Source of the DNA: an uncultured Gemmatimonadaceae bacterium
GTDB lineage: Bacteria > Gemmatimonadota > Gemmatimonadetes > Gemmatimonadales > Gemmatimonadaceae
Direction of reading: 5' to 3'
DNA: 64,000 nucleotides
NCBI GenBank assembly: GCA_963761305.1
Contig: CAVXGK010000001.1
Coordinates: 672,001 to 736,000, forward strand
The notes beneath the pieces were generated by a model. It did no database searches, was not told the DNA's origin, and worked only from the letters and a program-made list of their open reading frames with translations. Positions 39,899 through 51,000 of the stretch are shown here, piece after piece. Positions within the stretch are counted from its first letter, which is position 1, and the number at the start of each line of letters is the position of its first letter. Both the position numbers and the translations under genes were made by a program.

Positions 39899-41135
39899 CG
39901 TCGCTGTCCGACGTTTCGAAAATCTCGAGCAAGCGCTTCTCGTCTTCGCGCCAGTTGTACTTCTCGGTCGCGGCCCGACGTCCGTTGTCGGCGAGCCGGC
40001 GCCGCATCGCGTGATCGCGTAGTAGAGCGACCGTCGCCGCGGCGAGCGATGCTTGATCACCCGGCTCGAACAACACGCCGGCCTGCGTTTCGTGCAACAC
40101 GCGTCGCATCGGCGGCAGGTCCGACGCGACGATCGGGAGTCCCGCGGCCATGTAGTCGAACAGCTTGTTGGCCAAGGTGATTTTCACGTGGCGGCCGGCG
40201 AGAAACGGCAGCAAGCCGATGTCGGACGTGGCGTAGAGCTCGGGCAGCGACGCATGCTCTCGCCAGCCGAGCAGCTCGACGCAGGATCCAAGGCCTCGCT
40301 CGGCGATCAATCGCTCGATGCCGCGACGCTCGTCGCCGTCGCCGACGACGATGAGGCGCGTCTTGGGAAACGCGGCGCGAATCGCTGGCAGCGCGCGCAC
40401 GGCGTCGGCCACGCCGCGATCCCACATGAGGATGCCGACGAACAGCAATACAAATTGGTCGAACTCCGGCCGATCGCGAGCGGGGTCCCGTCGCGCGGCG
40501 CGAATCGCCTCCAGGTCGTCGGGCGTGTTCCCAACCTGAATCACGCGATCGCGCGCGACGCCGAGGCCGAGACAGCGCTCGCGCGACTCGTCGGACACGA
40601 CGATGATCTTGTCGGCCCGCCGAAGCACGGCGCGTTCGACGCGGGCGGCGGCGCCGGGGCTTCTCACGATGCGGTCGCTCCACGACGCGCGGTTGAACTC
40701 GACGCGGTCGCGCAAAAACTCCGGATAGACCTCGGCCATGTCGTACGCGACCGGAATGCCGAGCCGCCGGCCGACGGCGAGCGCCGTCAGCGCCAGAGGC
40801 AGATCGCGCACGAGGATATGGTCGGCGCGACAATCGGTGGCGGCGCGCAGGATCGAAAAGAACCAGACCGGATTGACGGGGAACGGAAAGTTGATCAGGC
40901 GGTTGAGCGCGCGAACGCGGACGAATGGCAACCGCCGCACCGTCATCCAGGGCGCCTCTTCCACGCGGACCTGGCAACGGTCGTTTCGCGAGATGAGCAC
41001 GACTCGGTGGCCCGCTGAGGCCAGGCTGCGCGTCTCTTTGGCGACGCGCGTCGCTCGCCACGGCCAGTCGCCGTCGTAGACGTACAGAATCGTGTGTCGC
41101 TCGGACGTTGGTGCGCTCGATTCGGGCGGCGTCAC
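39852..41135 (-). CDS. Glycosyltransferase family 4 (paralog of 56664..57926)
   Basis: LYVYDGDWP, VRDLPLA, ANKLFDYMAAGLPIVASD; GTG overlaps the asnB stop. Confidence 0.9.
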   Translation of the reverse strand: MTPPESSAPTSERHTILYVYDGDWPWRATRVAKETRSLASAGHRVVLISRNDRCQVRVEEAPWMTVRRLPFVRVRALNRLINFPFPVNPVWFFSILRAATDCRADHILVRDLPLALTALAVGRRLGIPVAYDMAEVYPEFLRDRVEFNRASWSDRIVRSPGAAARVERAVLRRADKIIVVSDESRERCLGLGVARDRVIQVGNTPDDLEAIRAARRDPARDRPEFDQFVLLFVGILMWDRGVADAVRALPAIRAAFPKTRLIVVGDGDERRGIERLIAERGLGSCVELLGWREHASLPELYATSDIGLLPFLAGRHVKITLANKLFDYMAAGLPIVASDLPPMRRVLHETQAGVLFEPGDQASLAAATVALLRDHAMRRRLADNGRRAATEKYNWREDEKRLLEIFETSDSDVSGLPRFRRGAATVR

Positions 41136-43078
41136 TGCGCCCAACGCTCCGCCCAGGCCTGGAACATGAGGACGGCCCACAGGCCATGCGCCATTCCGCC
41201 GCGGCCGCGCTGCAGCTCCGTCCACGCGCGGCGAACGCGCGTGGCGTCGAGTCCGTTGTCGCGAAGGCGTTGTTCCGCGAGCAACTGCTCACCCCAATCG
41301 CGCAGACTGCCGCGCAGCCACGCCGCGATCGGCACCTCGAAACCCATCTTCGGCCGATCGACGAGCGACGCCGGCACGTATCGGTTCAGCACCTGACGCA
41401 GGATCCACTTGCCGCGGCCGTCGCGGATCTTCATGGCAAGCGGCAGGCGCCACGCAAATTCGACGACGCGGTGGTCGAGCAACGGCACGCGGACCTCGAG
41501 GCTCACCGCCATGCTCGCGCGGTCCGTCTTCGCGAGCAGATCGTCCGGCAGATACACGCCCTGATCGGCCAGCATCATCCGCTCGATGAGACTCCCGACG
41601 TCCGCGTCGAGCAGGTGCTCGAACTGGCCTGTCGGTTCGGTCTCGCCGCGGACGACGGTTTCCGGGTTCTGCCACGCCGACACCATCGAGCGATAGCGCG
41701 CGGTGGCGTTCGATGCGTCGAGCAGCGCGCCGAAGCTGTCGACCTTGTCTCCGGGCCTTCGAACGCGAAGACTTGCTGGAAGCATGGTTGCGACGCCGCC
41801 GGCGATGGTGTCCAGCGCCGACGGCGGCAGCGAGCGGACCGCGCCGGCGAGGAGGCGTCGCGCCGGGAGCGGCGCTCGGCCGACCAATCCGACGAGACGT
41901 TGTCCGCGGATATAGCGGTGATAGCCGCCGAACAGTTCGTCGCCGCCATCACCGGACAGCGCGACGGTGACCGCGCGGCGCGCGAGCTGGCACACCAGGA
42001 ACGTCGGGATCTGCGACGAGTCGGCGAACGGCTCGTCGAACATCGTCGGAAGGCGCGGCACGACGTCGAGCGCGTCGCGATCGGTGACGATCAGTTGCGT
42101 GTGCTTGGTGCCCAGGTGCTGGGCGACGCCGGCGGCGAACGGCGCCTCGTTGTAGTCGGGATGATCGAATCCGATCGAGAACGTTTCGGCCGGCCGCGTC
42201 GACGCCTTCTGCATCAGCGCCACGACGACCGACGAGTCGACGCCGCCGGACAACAACGCGCCGAGCGGCACGTCCGATTGCATCTGCGACGACACGGCGT
42301 CGGTGAGCAGTGCGTCGAGCTGGTCGATCGCCTCCGCGTCGGACCCGGTAAAGGATTCGGCGAGGCCGCGACGCGCGGCGTCCTCGGCAGACCAATACGG
42401 TTCGGGTGCCGGCAAGGCCGCGGCCGCGTCGGTCACGTGGAGGAGGTGACCCGGCGGAAGCTTGATGACGTGGCGAAAGATCGACCGCGGCGCGGGAACG
42501 TAGAGGAGGCGCAGGTAGGAGGTGAGGGCTTGGCGATCCAGCGTCGCGTCGAAGCTCGGGCCCGCGCGGAGCGCCTTGAGCTCCGAGCCGAACGACACCA
42601 CGCCGTCCTTCGCGTAGACATACAGCGGCTTGATGCCGAGCTGATCGCGCACCAGCGACAGCCGCTTGCGGTGCGCGTCCCAAACGGCGATCGCGAACAT
42701 GCCGACGAAGCGCCGAACCGCCACGTCGATGCCCCACCGTTCGAACGCGGCGAGAATGACCTCGCTGTCCGAATGGCCGCGCCACCGAACGCCCGACTGC
42801 TCCAATTCTTTGCTTAGGCCGCGATAATTATAAATCTCGCCGTTGAACACCATCGTGTAGCGGCCGGTGGCGGACCGCATCGGCTGGTGTCCAGCCTCGC
42901 TGAGGTCGAGGATGGCCAGCCGCCGGAACCCGAGGCCCACTCCGTCGGCGGCGTCGGACCAGATCCCGGCGTCGTCGGGGCCGCGATGCGTGATCGGCAC
43001 GATCATTTTGGCGAGCGTCGCGTCAAGATCGCCCGTCGTCGCGCCGCGGCGAACCAGGAGTCCAGCCAATCCGCACAT
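41132..43078 (-). CDS. asnB: Asparagine synthase-like glutamine-dependent amidotransferase
   Basis: N-terminal MCG, HRGPD, NGEIYN, GIKPLY, LSGGVDSS, SGDGGDELFGGY, DRASMAVSLEVRVP. Confidence 0.93.
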   Translation of the reverse strand: MCGLAGLLVRRGATTGDLDATLAKMIVPITHRGPDDAGIWSDAADGVGLGFRRLAILDLSEAGHQPMRSATGRYTMVFNGEIYNYRGLSKELEQSGVRWRGHSDSEVILAAFERWGIDVAVRRFVGMFAIAVWDAHRKRLSLVRDQLGIKPLYVYAKDGVVSFGSELKALRAGPSFDATLDRQALTSYLRLLYVPAPRSIFRHVIKLPPGHLLHVTDAAAALPAPEPYWSAEDAARRGLAESFTGSDAEAIDQLDALLTDAVSSQMQSDVPLGALLSGGVDSSVVVALMQKASTRPAETFSIGFDHPDYNEAPFAAGVAQHLGTKHTQLIVTDRDALDVVPRLPTMFDEPFADSSQIPTFLVCQLARRAVTVALSGDGGDELFGGYHRYIRGQRLVGLVGRAPLPARRLLAGAVRSLPPSALDTIAGGVATMLPASLRVRRPGDKVDSFGALLDASNATARYRSMVSAWQNPETVVRGETEPTGQFEHLLDADVGSLIERMMLADQGVYLPDDLLAKTDRASMAVSLEVRVPLLDHRVVEFAWRLPLAMKIRDGRGKWILRQVLNRYVPASLVDRPKMGFEVPIAAWLRGSLRDWGEQLLAEQRLRDNGLDATRVRRAWTELQRGRGGMAHGLWAVLMFQAWAERWAQ

Positions 43079-43758
43079 CAGTGCGCCCGCGAGAACAAGG
43101 TCGCCGATGGCCGCCAGTCCGCGACGTCCAGTTCGGGGAAGGGCGAGCCACTTGGTACGTCGACCGCCAACGCCGCGATGCAACCGTCGAACAGATGCAA
43201 GTTCTTGAGACAGTAGCGGCCGACGCGCCCTGCCTCCCGCGGCCTGACCGACACGCTCTTGAGCGGGACACTGAGCCCCTGGCCGAGCGCTTTGAGATAG
43301 GCCTCCTTCAGCGTCCAGTGGGCGTAGAACGAAGCAACCGAGTCCGACGAAGCGCCAACCCGCGCCAGTTCCTCAGGCGTGAGCGAGTCCGAGACGACAT
43401 CCGGCGATACGGCCACTATGCGCTCGAGATCGAGCCCCAAGGGCATCGTCCCTACGGCGATGGCCACGGCGCTTCCCGAATGGGTCACGCTGAAGTGCAG
43501 CGTCTCCATGCCACTCAGGCGCGGTTTTCCCCACCGCTCGTATTCGAATCGCAAGGCGTCGGGCGCCTCGCCCAGATCCCGCGCGAGAATGCAGCGCAGC
43601 GCGATCCGCGCGCAGACGAACGTCTGCCGTGCCGGCTCCGAGACGAATCGGGCCGCCCGCGCACGCTCGTCGTCGCTCAGCACCGCGAGAAGCGATTCCA
43701 GATCGAATACGCTGCAGTCGGCAATTCGCCAGACGGCGACGCGATCAATCGCCGGCAC
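43078..43758 (-). CDS. 4'-phosphopantetheinyl transferase (Sfp type)
   Basis: GKP, FSVTHS, LGLDLE, WTLKEAYLKALGQGL; overlaps both the NRPS end and the asnB start. Confidence 0.9.
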   Translation of the reverse strand: MPAIDRVAVWRIADCSVFDLESLLAVLSDDERARAARFVSEPARQTFVCARIALRCILARDLGEAPDALRFEYERWGKPRLSGMETLHFSVTHSGSAVAIAVGTMPLGLDLERIVAVSPDVVSDSLTPEELARVGASSDSVASFYAHWTLKEAYLKALGQGLSVPLKSVSVRPREAGRVGRYCLKNLHLFDGCIAALAVDVPSGSPFPELDVADWRPSATLFSRAH

Positions 43759-46700
43759 GAGACTCGGTGGCCGGCTCGGATTGAACCGCGTCGATCGCGG
43801 TACGAATGGCCTCCGCCAAACCGAGCGAATATGGAAGTTCGAGCACCGACTCATGGTTGCCGTCGCAGACGTAGACGTCACGACGAGCCGCGACACGTTC
43901 CCAGGCGAGTCTCGGGTCGAGGTCGTCAGCGAGTCCTCGCAGCGATGGATCGTCCGACACGAAGAGCGCGATCGAGCCAGGGTATTTCCCCGCTCGGTAC
44001 CGCTGGAGCACCTCAGCCGTCGCGTCGAGGACGACGCGGAGGTCGCCGGCAGTATCCTTGAAACCGTCGCGCTTCGCAACCTGGACCGCGTTCGCGACCT
44101 GGTCCCGTTCGATCCGATTGGCGCGGGTGGTCTGTCGGCGGTCCTGGAAGAATTGGACGATGCCCTTGCCGTTCGTTCGCGCTTCGCGCAGTTGGTATCG
44201 GAGCCGCTGAGCCTTGAATCGTATCGTTTCGAGGCGCCCTGAGGGGACACCGGGCAGCAGGCAGTTGACCATACCGAGGAGCGCCACCGTTTCGCGTTCC
44301 CGCAGGAGTTGCTGCGCCATCTCGTAGGCGATGAGGCCTCCCGCACAATACCCGACGAAATAGTACGGCCCGTGCGGCTGATGCCGGCGGATGAGCGCGA
44401 GATACTGCGCCGCGCGCTCTTCGACCCGTTCGATGTCCGCCACCGAATCTGGAAAGGCCGAACCAAGGCCGTAGACCGGAAGATCGTCGCCCAGCCCGGC
44501 GACGATGTGTTTCAGCGAGAACATTCCGAGCGCGGCCCCGCCCGGAATCCAGTACAGCGGCGGCCGCGACCCGGCGGCCCGAATCGTCACGAGAGTGTGA
44601 CGCCCCTTCACGTGAGTGTCGTCCTCGATGTGCTTGGCGAGCTGCGCCACGGTGGGCGCTTCGAACAGAGTGTTCAACGGAATCCGTTTGCCAAACACTT
44701 GGGCAGCACGTGACATCAGGCGAACGGCGAGCATCGAGTGACCGCCGAGGTCCCAAAAACTGTCCTCCACGCTGACCCTGGGAATCTCGAAGACTTCGGC
44801 CCACACCTCGGCGAGCTGCTGCTCCACGTAGGTTCGCGCCGCCACGACCACACTCACCGTCGGCACGGCGGCGCCAGTCGGGGCCGGGAGGGCGCGACGG
44901 TCGACCTTGCCGCTTGGCGTCGTCGGTAGCCGATCGAGCTGCACGAACGCCACGGGGATCATGTAATCGGGCAAGCTCACCTTGAGCGCCGCCCGCAGGG
45001 TCGATGGGTCCGCGGCGCCCGCATCGGCGATCACATATGCCACCAAGCGCTTGTCGCCGGGCGTATCCTCCCGCGCGATCACCACCGCCGCACGAATCCC
45101 CGCCTGCGCCGCCAATACACTCTCGATCTCCCCCAACTCGATCCGAAACCCGCGAATCTTCACCTGATGATCCGTGCGGCCCAGGCATTCGATCACGCCG
45201 GCGCGTGAGTAGCGCGCCAAATCCCCCGTCCGGTACAGCCGTTCCCCGGGGAGAAATGGGTCGGCGACGAAACGCTCTGCGGTCAACTCCGGCTGGCCGC
45301 GATAGCCACGGGCCACTCCGGCGCCGCCGATGTAGAGCTCTCCAGTCGCTCCCGGCGGCACGGGACACCGATGCGCGTCGAGAATGTAGGTGGTGGTGTT
45401 CGCCGGCGGCCGTCCGATGTAGATGACCTGATCCCCTTGGCGAATGCGATGAAACGCCGAGTAGATCGTCGTTTCGGTCGGCCCGTAGCCGTTCCACGCC
45501 TCGCTCGACGCCGCGGCGAGGGCCGCACCCAACTCCACCGAAATAGCTTCCCCGCCGCAGATGGTTTTGACCCGGCCATCCCCGCGCCACCCGGTCTCGA
45601 ACAGCATCTTGAACGTCACCGGTGTCGCTTGCACGATCGTCGGCTCGGTCCCCTCGATCAGCGCGCGCAACGCTTCGGGATTGAGCGCCGTTTCGCGAGG
45701 AGCGAGGATGATCCGCGCCCCGGTCGCCAGCGGCATCAGCGTTTCAACTCCAGCGATGTCGAATGATACGGTCGTCACCGCGAGCACTGAATCGCGTGCC
45801 GTCATCCCCGGCACCGCGCGCATCGACCCGAGCAAATTCAGAAAGCCGCCCCGCGTGACCTCCACGCCCTTTGGCCGCCCCGTCGAGCCCGACGTGTACA
45901 ACACGTACGCGAGGTGCTGGGGCCCCACCGCGACCACCGGATTCTCCGCCCGTGCCGCCGCGTCGTGCCCGATCTCCACCGGCACCACGGCCGCGGCGGT
46001 GTCGCGAAACAGCCCCTCGTGCGACGCATTCGTCACGACCGCGCGCAATCCCGCATCCCGCGCCATGTAGACGAGCCGCTCCCGCGGAAAGCCGGGGTCC
46101 AGCGGAACGTATGCACCCCCCGCTTTCACGACGGCGACCAAGGCGATCAGGAGATCAGGCGTGCGCTCCAGACACACACCGACCGGCTCATCGGGGCCGA
46201 CTCCGCACCGGATCAGTTCGTGGGCCAGACGATTCGCCCGCGCGTTCATCTCCGCGTAGGTGACCTCCTCGTCGCCAAACGTGATCGCTGTCCGATTCGG
46301 CCCCGCTTCGACCTGCGCCTCGATCAACTCCGCCAGTGACCGGTCAAGGGGATGGACCGCGTCCGTCTGATTCCAGTCGACCAATACGCGCTGTCGCTCC
46401 TGCGCGGTCAGCATCGGCACCTGCCAGACCGCCGCTCCGGTATCCGACGCCCACGCCGTGAGCATCGTCGTCAGCTGCCCCAGTATTTGGTCCGCCGATT
46501 CGCGGTCGAACAGTTGCGTGTCGTAGTCGAGCTTGAGCGCAAGCGCGTCGCCGCCGTACGCCATCAGCGCGAGCGGGTACCCCGGCTGTTCGCGCAGAGT
46601 GCAAACGCGCCGCTCCCACGCCCCGCCTCGCGCGCGTAGCGCCTCTCCGAATTCGTCGTGCTCGAACATCAGAAACGAGTCGAACAACGATGCCGACGCA

Positions 46701-47767
46701 GGCAAGTCACTCACCTGCTTGATGTCGACCAGGGGCATGTGCTCGTAGCCGCGGAGAGCGACCCATTGTTGGCGTACGCGCTGGAGCCATTCGCGCACGG
46801 GCAACTCGGCGTCGATCGCGATCCGAATCGGGACGGTGGCGAGGAACAGCCCGACCATCGCGTCAGCGTCGGGAATCGTCCCGCGCCGAGTCGTTTTCGT
46901 CACGCCGAACACGACGTCGGATTCGCCGCTATGTCTCGCCAGCAGCAGCGCCCAGGCGGCAATTACGAGAGAATTGAGCGATAGTTGCTCTCGCGTGGCC
47001 AGGGCGCGCAGCTCCTCGGTCACCGCACCGGAAAGGCGCACACGCGCTTCGCCAAAGTGTTCGCTCGTGCCATCGACGTGATCGCCGCGAGCGACGTGCG
47101 GCAGCGGCGTCGTCGCGGTGAATCCGGACAACGCGTCCCGCCAGAAGGCGCGCGCTGCCGACGCGTCTTGCGCCGCTACCCATTCGGCATATTCGCGATA
47201 CGGACGTCTGGCCGCCGCGTCGCCGTTCTCGTTCGCCTCGGCCCCGTCATAGACGGAGAAGACGCGCTCGAGGATCGTCGCGAACGATCGTCCATCGATC
47301 AGGATGTGATGAAACGTCCAGATCATTCGGAAGTCGGCCGCTCCGAGTTGAAGCAGCGACACCCGCATGGCCGGCGCCGTCGCGAGGTCGAACCCCTCGC
47401 GGCGGTCGTCGCGCAAGAACTCCTCGATCCACGCGTCGCGGTCCGACGCGGTCCGCTGGCGCAGATCGTGGGCACGGAACGGCAACGTCACCGTGTCGGC
47501 GCTGTATTGCGCCGGCGACTTCCGATTCTCCCAGACGAACGCCGTCCGCAATGTCGGAAAGTCACGCAGAGCGCGTTGCCAACTTGCCTCGAGGCGCGCC
47601 GCGTCGATCGGCTCGCGCAAATCGGCAACGATCTGTTCGACGTCGGTGCCGGAATGCCGGCCCCGAAGCCAATGAAAGAGCATTCCCGACTGAATCGGAG
47701 TCAGCGGATACAGCGCGGGCCGCGCCGCGCTGGACTCAGGGGGGCGAAGGTCTTCGACCGCCGTCAC
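43745..47767 (-). CDS. Single-module NRPS C-A-T-TE (Gly/small-residue-like A domain, Cys-type TE)
   Basis: HHILIDG; YTSGSTGRPKG; YGPTE; YRTGD; LGGHS; GYCAGG; GNH; specificity code read by eye as DIVQIGGIYK. Confidence 0.95.
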   Translation of the reverse strand: MTAVEDLRPPESSAARPALYPLTPIQSGMLFHWLRGRHSGTDVEQIVADLREPIDAARLEASWQRALRDFPTLRTAFVWENRKSPAQYSADTVTLPFRAHDLRQRTASDRDAWIEEFLRDDRREGFDLATAPAMRVSLLQLGAADFRMIWTFHHILIDGRSFATILERVFSVYDGAEANENGDAAARRPYREYAEWVAAQDASAARAFWRDALSGFTATTPLPHVARGDHVDGTSEHFGEARVRLSGAVTEELRALATREQLSLNSLVIAAWALLLARHSGESDVVFGVTKTTRRGTIPDADAMVGLFLATVPIRIAIDAELPVREWLQRVRQQWVALRGYEHMPLVDIKQVSDLPASASLFDSFLMFEHDEFGEALRARGGAWERRVCTLREQPGYPLALMAYGGDALALKLDYDTQLFDRESADQILGQLTTMLTAWASDTGAAVWQVPMLTAQERQRVLVDWNQTDAVHPLDRSLAELIEAQVEAGPNRTAITFGDEEVTYAEMNARANRLAHELIRCGVGPDEPVGVCLERTPDLLIALVAVVKAGGAYVPLDPGFPRERLVYMARDAGLRAVVTNASHEGLFRDTAAAVVPVEIGHDAAARAENPVVAVGPQHLAYVLYTSGSTGRPKGVEVTRGGFLNLLGSMRAVPGMTARDSVLAVTTVSFDIAGVETLMPLATGARIILAPRETALNPEALRALIEGTEPTIVQATPVTFKMLFETGWRGDGRVKTICGGEAISVELGAALAAASSEAWNGYGPTETTIYSAFHRIRQGDQVIYIGRPPANTTTYILDAHRCPVPPGATGELYIGGAGVARGYRGQPELTAERFVADPFLPGERLYRTGDLARYSRAGVIECLGRTDHQVKIRGFRIELGEIESVLAAQAGIRAAVVIAREDTPGDKRLVAYVIADAGAADPSTLRAALKVSLPDYMIPVAFVQLDRLPTTPSGKVDRRALPAPTGAAVPTVSVVVAARTYVEQQLAEVWAEVFEIPRVSVEDSFWDLGGHSMLAVRLMSRAAQVFGKRIPLNTLFEAPTVAQLAKHIEDDTHVKGRHTLVTIRAAGSRPPLYWIPGGAALGMFSLKHIVAGLGDDLPVYGLGSAFPDSVADIERVEERAAQYLALIRRHQPHGPYYFVGYCAGGLIAYEMAQQLLRERETVALLGMVNCLLPGVPSGRLETIRFKAQRLRYQLREARTNGKGIVQFFQDRRQTTRANRIERDQVANAVQVAKRDGFKDTAGDLRVVLDATAEVLQRYRAGKYPGSIALFVSDDPSLRGLADDLDPRLAWERVAARRDVYVCDGNHESVLELPYSLGLAEAIRTAIDAVQSEPATESRAGD

Positions 47768-48060
47768 GAAGCAACACTCATCTCATCGTCCGCGGGATTC
47801 GCACGCACGGCATCCGATTTCGAGGGTGACCGGCGAATGCGCCAAGTCAGGCGCGTAGGCGTCCGCCGATCAGGCATCTGACCGACAAGTAGGTGGCCCC
47901 GAGGTGACGACGAAATGTCGCACTCGCTCCCGGTTTTCCGAGTCGGCCTCGAACAGGCGGACCATCAAGATTTCTTACCTGGGGAACATAGGCCCGAACG
48001 CACCGACCGGGGCGCCGCCCGGTGTTCAGATAACGCCCACTCGATTGGTCTCGACGCATG

Positions 48061-51000
48061 CTACGGTCGAGACTCGGACAGCTCGGCCCATGCCGACTCG
48101 AGCGCGCTACGAAGCCGCGATGCCAAGCTCAGCGCGTACGGAAGGCCAAGGACCGACTCATGGTTCCCCTCGCACACGTAGACGTCGCGGCGAGTCGCCA
48201 CTCGATCCCACGCGAGGCGCGGATCGAGGTTGGCGCCAACGCCACGCAATGACGGATCGTCGGACACGAAGAGACTCACCGGCCCGGGGTACTGGCGAAC
48301 CTGATACCGTTCGATCGCCCGGTCGGTGAGCTCGAGCACCACGCGATATTGATGCTCGCCGTTGTCCTTGAAGCCCTCCCGCCTCACACGTTCAGTGGCG
48401 CGCGAAACTCGCTCCTGCTCGGCGCGGTGCGCGTTCATCCTCTTCTGCCGGTCGCGGAAATAGCCCACGAAGCCGATGCCTTGCTGCTTGGCCTCCTGAA
48501 GCTGATGCCGGAGCCGCTGGACCTTGAATCGAATTTTCTCGACACGGCCTGATGGCACGCCCGGGAGAGAGCAGTTGATCATCCCCAGCAGCCCGATTTG
48601 CTCGTTCTCGCGTAACAGCAGTTGCGCCATCTCGAACGCGATCACGCCGCCAGCGCAGTAGCCGACGAAGAAGTACGGGCCATGCGGCTGAACCCGCCGG
48701 ATGAGCGAGAGGTATTCCGCGGCGCGCTCTTCGACGCGCTCGACGTCCTCCACCGTATTGGGAAATGCCGATCCGAGCCCGTACACCGGGACGTCGTCGC
48801 CGAGCGCCGGAACGAGATGCTTCAGCGAGAACATTCCGAGCGCCGCGCCACCCGGAATCCAATACAGCGGCGGCCTCGCGCCGGTGACGCGAGCGGGTAC
48901 GAGGGTATGACGACCGTGAACTCTGCTGTCGTCTTCGAGATGTTTCGCGAGCTGCTCTACAGTCGGCGCTTCGAAGAGCGTGTTCAGCGGAATGCGCTTG
49001 CCGAACGCTTGCGCGATCCTCGCCATCAGTCTCACGGCGAGCATCGAGTGTCCGCCCAGATCCCAAAAACTGTCCGTGACGCTGATCGGCGACATCTTGA
49101 AGACGCTCTCCCAAACGTCGGCCATCTGCCGCTCCAAATACGTGCGAGGACCCACGATCGTGCGCTTCACCGTGGCCTCGGCGCCGGTCGGTGCGGGGAG
49201 TGCGCGACGGTCGATCTTGCCGCTCGGCGTCGTGGGGAGGCGTTCGAGTTGCACGAACGCCGACGGCACCATGTACTCGGGCAGACGGGATTTCAACGCC
49301 GCGCGGAGCGCGGAGGCGTCGAGGATGTCGGCCTCGGCGACGACGTAGGCGACCAAGCGCTTGTCACCCGGTGTGTCTTCACGCGCGACGACCACGGCCT
49401 CGCGGACGCCGGCTTGCGCCGCGAGCACGTTCTCGATCTCGCCCAGCTCGATGCGGAAGCCGCGGATCTTGACCTGGTCGTCGTTGCGGCCCAGGTACTC
49501 GATGCTGCCGTCGGCCAGGAAACGGCCGGTGTCGCCCGTCTTGTACATCCTGCCGCCCGCGTGAAACGGGTCGTCGACGAAGCGCTCGGCAGTGAGTTCC
49601 GGCCGGTTCAGGTAGCCGCGGGCCACGCCCGCCCCCCCCACAAACAGCTCGCCTTCCACACCGACGGGCACGGGCTCGCGGTGCGAGTCGAGGATGTAGA
49701 TCTGCAGGTCCGGGATGCGCTTGCCGATCGGACTCGCGCCCGCGCGCAGCGCGTCCACCGGCTGCAGCGGGCGGTAAGTCACGTGCACCGTCGTCTCGGT
49801 GATTCCGTACATGTTCACCAGCTGTGCGGACGCGTTCCGTTCGCGCTCGTACCAGGGCCTCAACGTCGCCATCTCGAGCGCCTCGCCGCCGAAGATCACG
49901 TAACGCAGCGCGTGGCGCTGCTGCTCGCTCTCCTCTTGGGCCGCCACGAGCTGACGGAACGCGCTTGGCGTCTGATTGAGCACCGTCACGCCTTCGTCGC
50001 ACAGCAGCTGGTAGAACTCCTGCGGCGCGCGGGCGGTCTGCTGCGGCACCACGACCAGCCGTCCACCGTAGGCGAACGCGCCCCAGATTTCCCAAACTGA
50101 AAAGTCGAACGCGTATGAGTGAAATAGCGTCCACACATCCTCGGGCCCGAAGTGATACCAGGCTTCGGTGGCGGTCAGCAGACGCGTCACGTTCGCGTGT
50201 TCGACCATCACGCCTTTGGGCGTGCCCGTCGAGCCCGATGTGTAGATGATGTAGGCGAGATTGCGGGACGTACCTCCGTCGCGCGGCGGGTTCGTCGTCG
50301 CTTCCTCGGCCCACGCGGACTCGTCGGCCAGGTCGAGGACCGGAACCGACTCCGTCGCCAGCGACGCTCCGGCTCCGTGCACCAGGACCATCGCCGGCGC
50401 GCTGTCGCGCAGCATGAAGGCCAGCCGCTCGGGCGGATACGCCGGATCCAGCGGTACGTACGCACCGCCGGCCTTGAGCACGGCCAGGAGGCCAACCACC
50501 ATCTCCACGCTGCGCTCCACCGAAACACCGACGAGAACGTCGGGTCCTATGCCGCGACGTCGCAGGTGGTGCGCGAGGCGGTTCGCGCGCTGGTTGAGCT
50601 GCGCGTACGTGAGCGATGTGCCTTCGTGGACCAGCGCCACCGCGTCACCACGCAGGCTCGCTCGTGCCTCGAACAGCTCGTGGATACACGCCGACTGGGG
50701 ATACTGCACCGGTGTGTCGTTCCACTCGTACAACACGCGCCGGCGCTCCGGCTCCGTGAGCATCGGAACCTGCCAGACGGCCCGGTCGGCGTTCGACGCC
50801 CATCCCCCGAGGATCGTCGTCAGGTGCCCGAGGAGACGATGGACGGCTTGGCGATCGAATTGGCGCGTGTCGTAGTCGAGCTTGAGGGTGAGCGCATCGC
50901 CGTCGTAGGCCGTGAGCGCGAGTGGATACCCCGGTTGCCCCGCCGTCGCGACCGACCGCCGCTCCCATGCGCCACCCTTCGATCGCAGCCGCCGGCCGAG

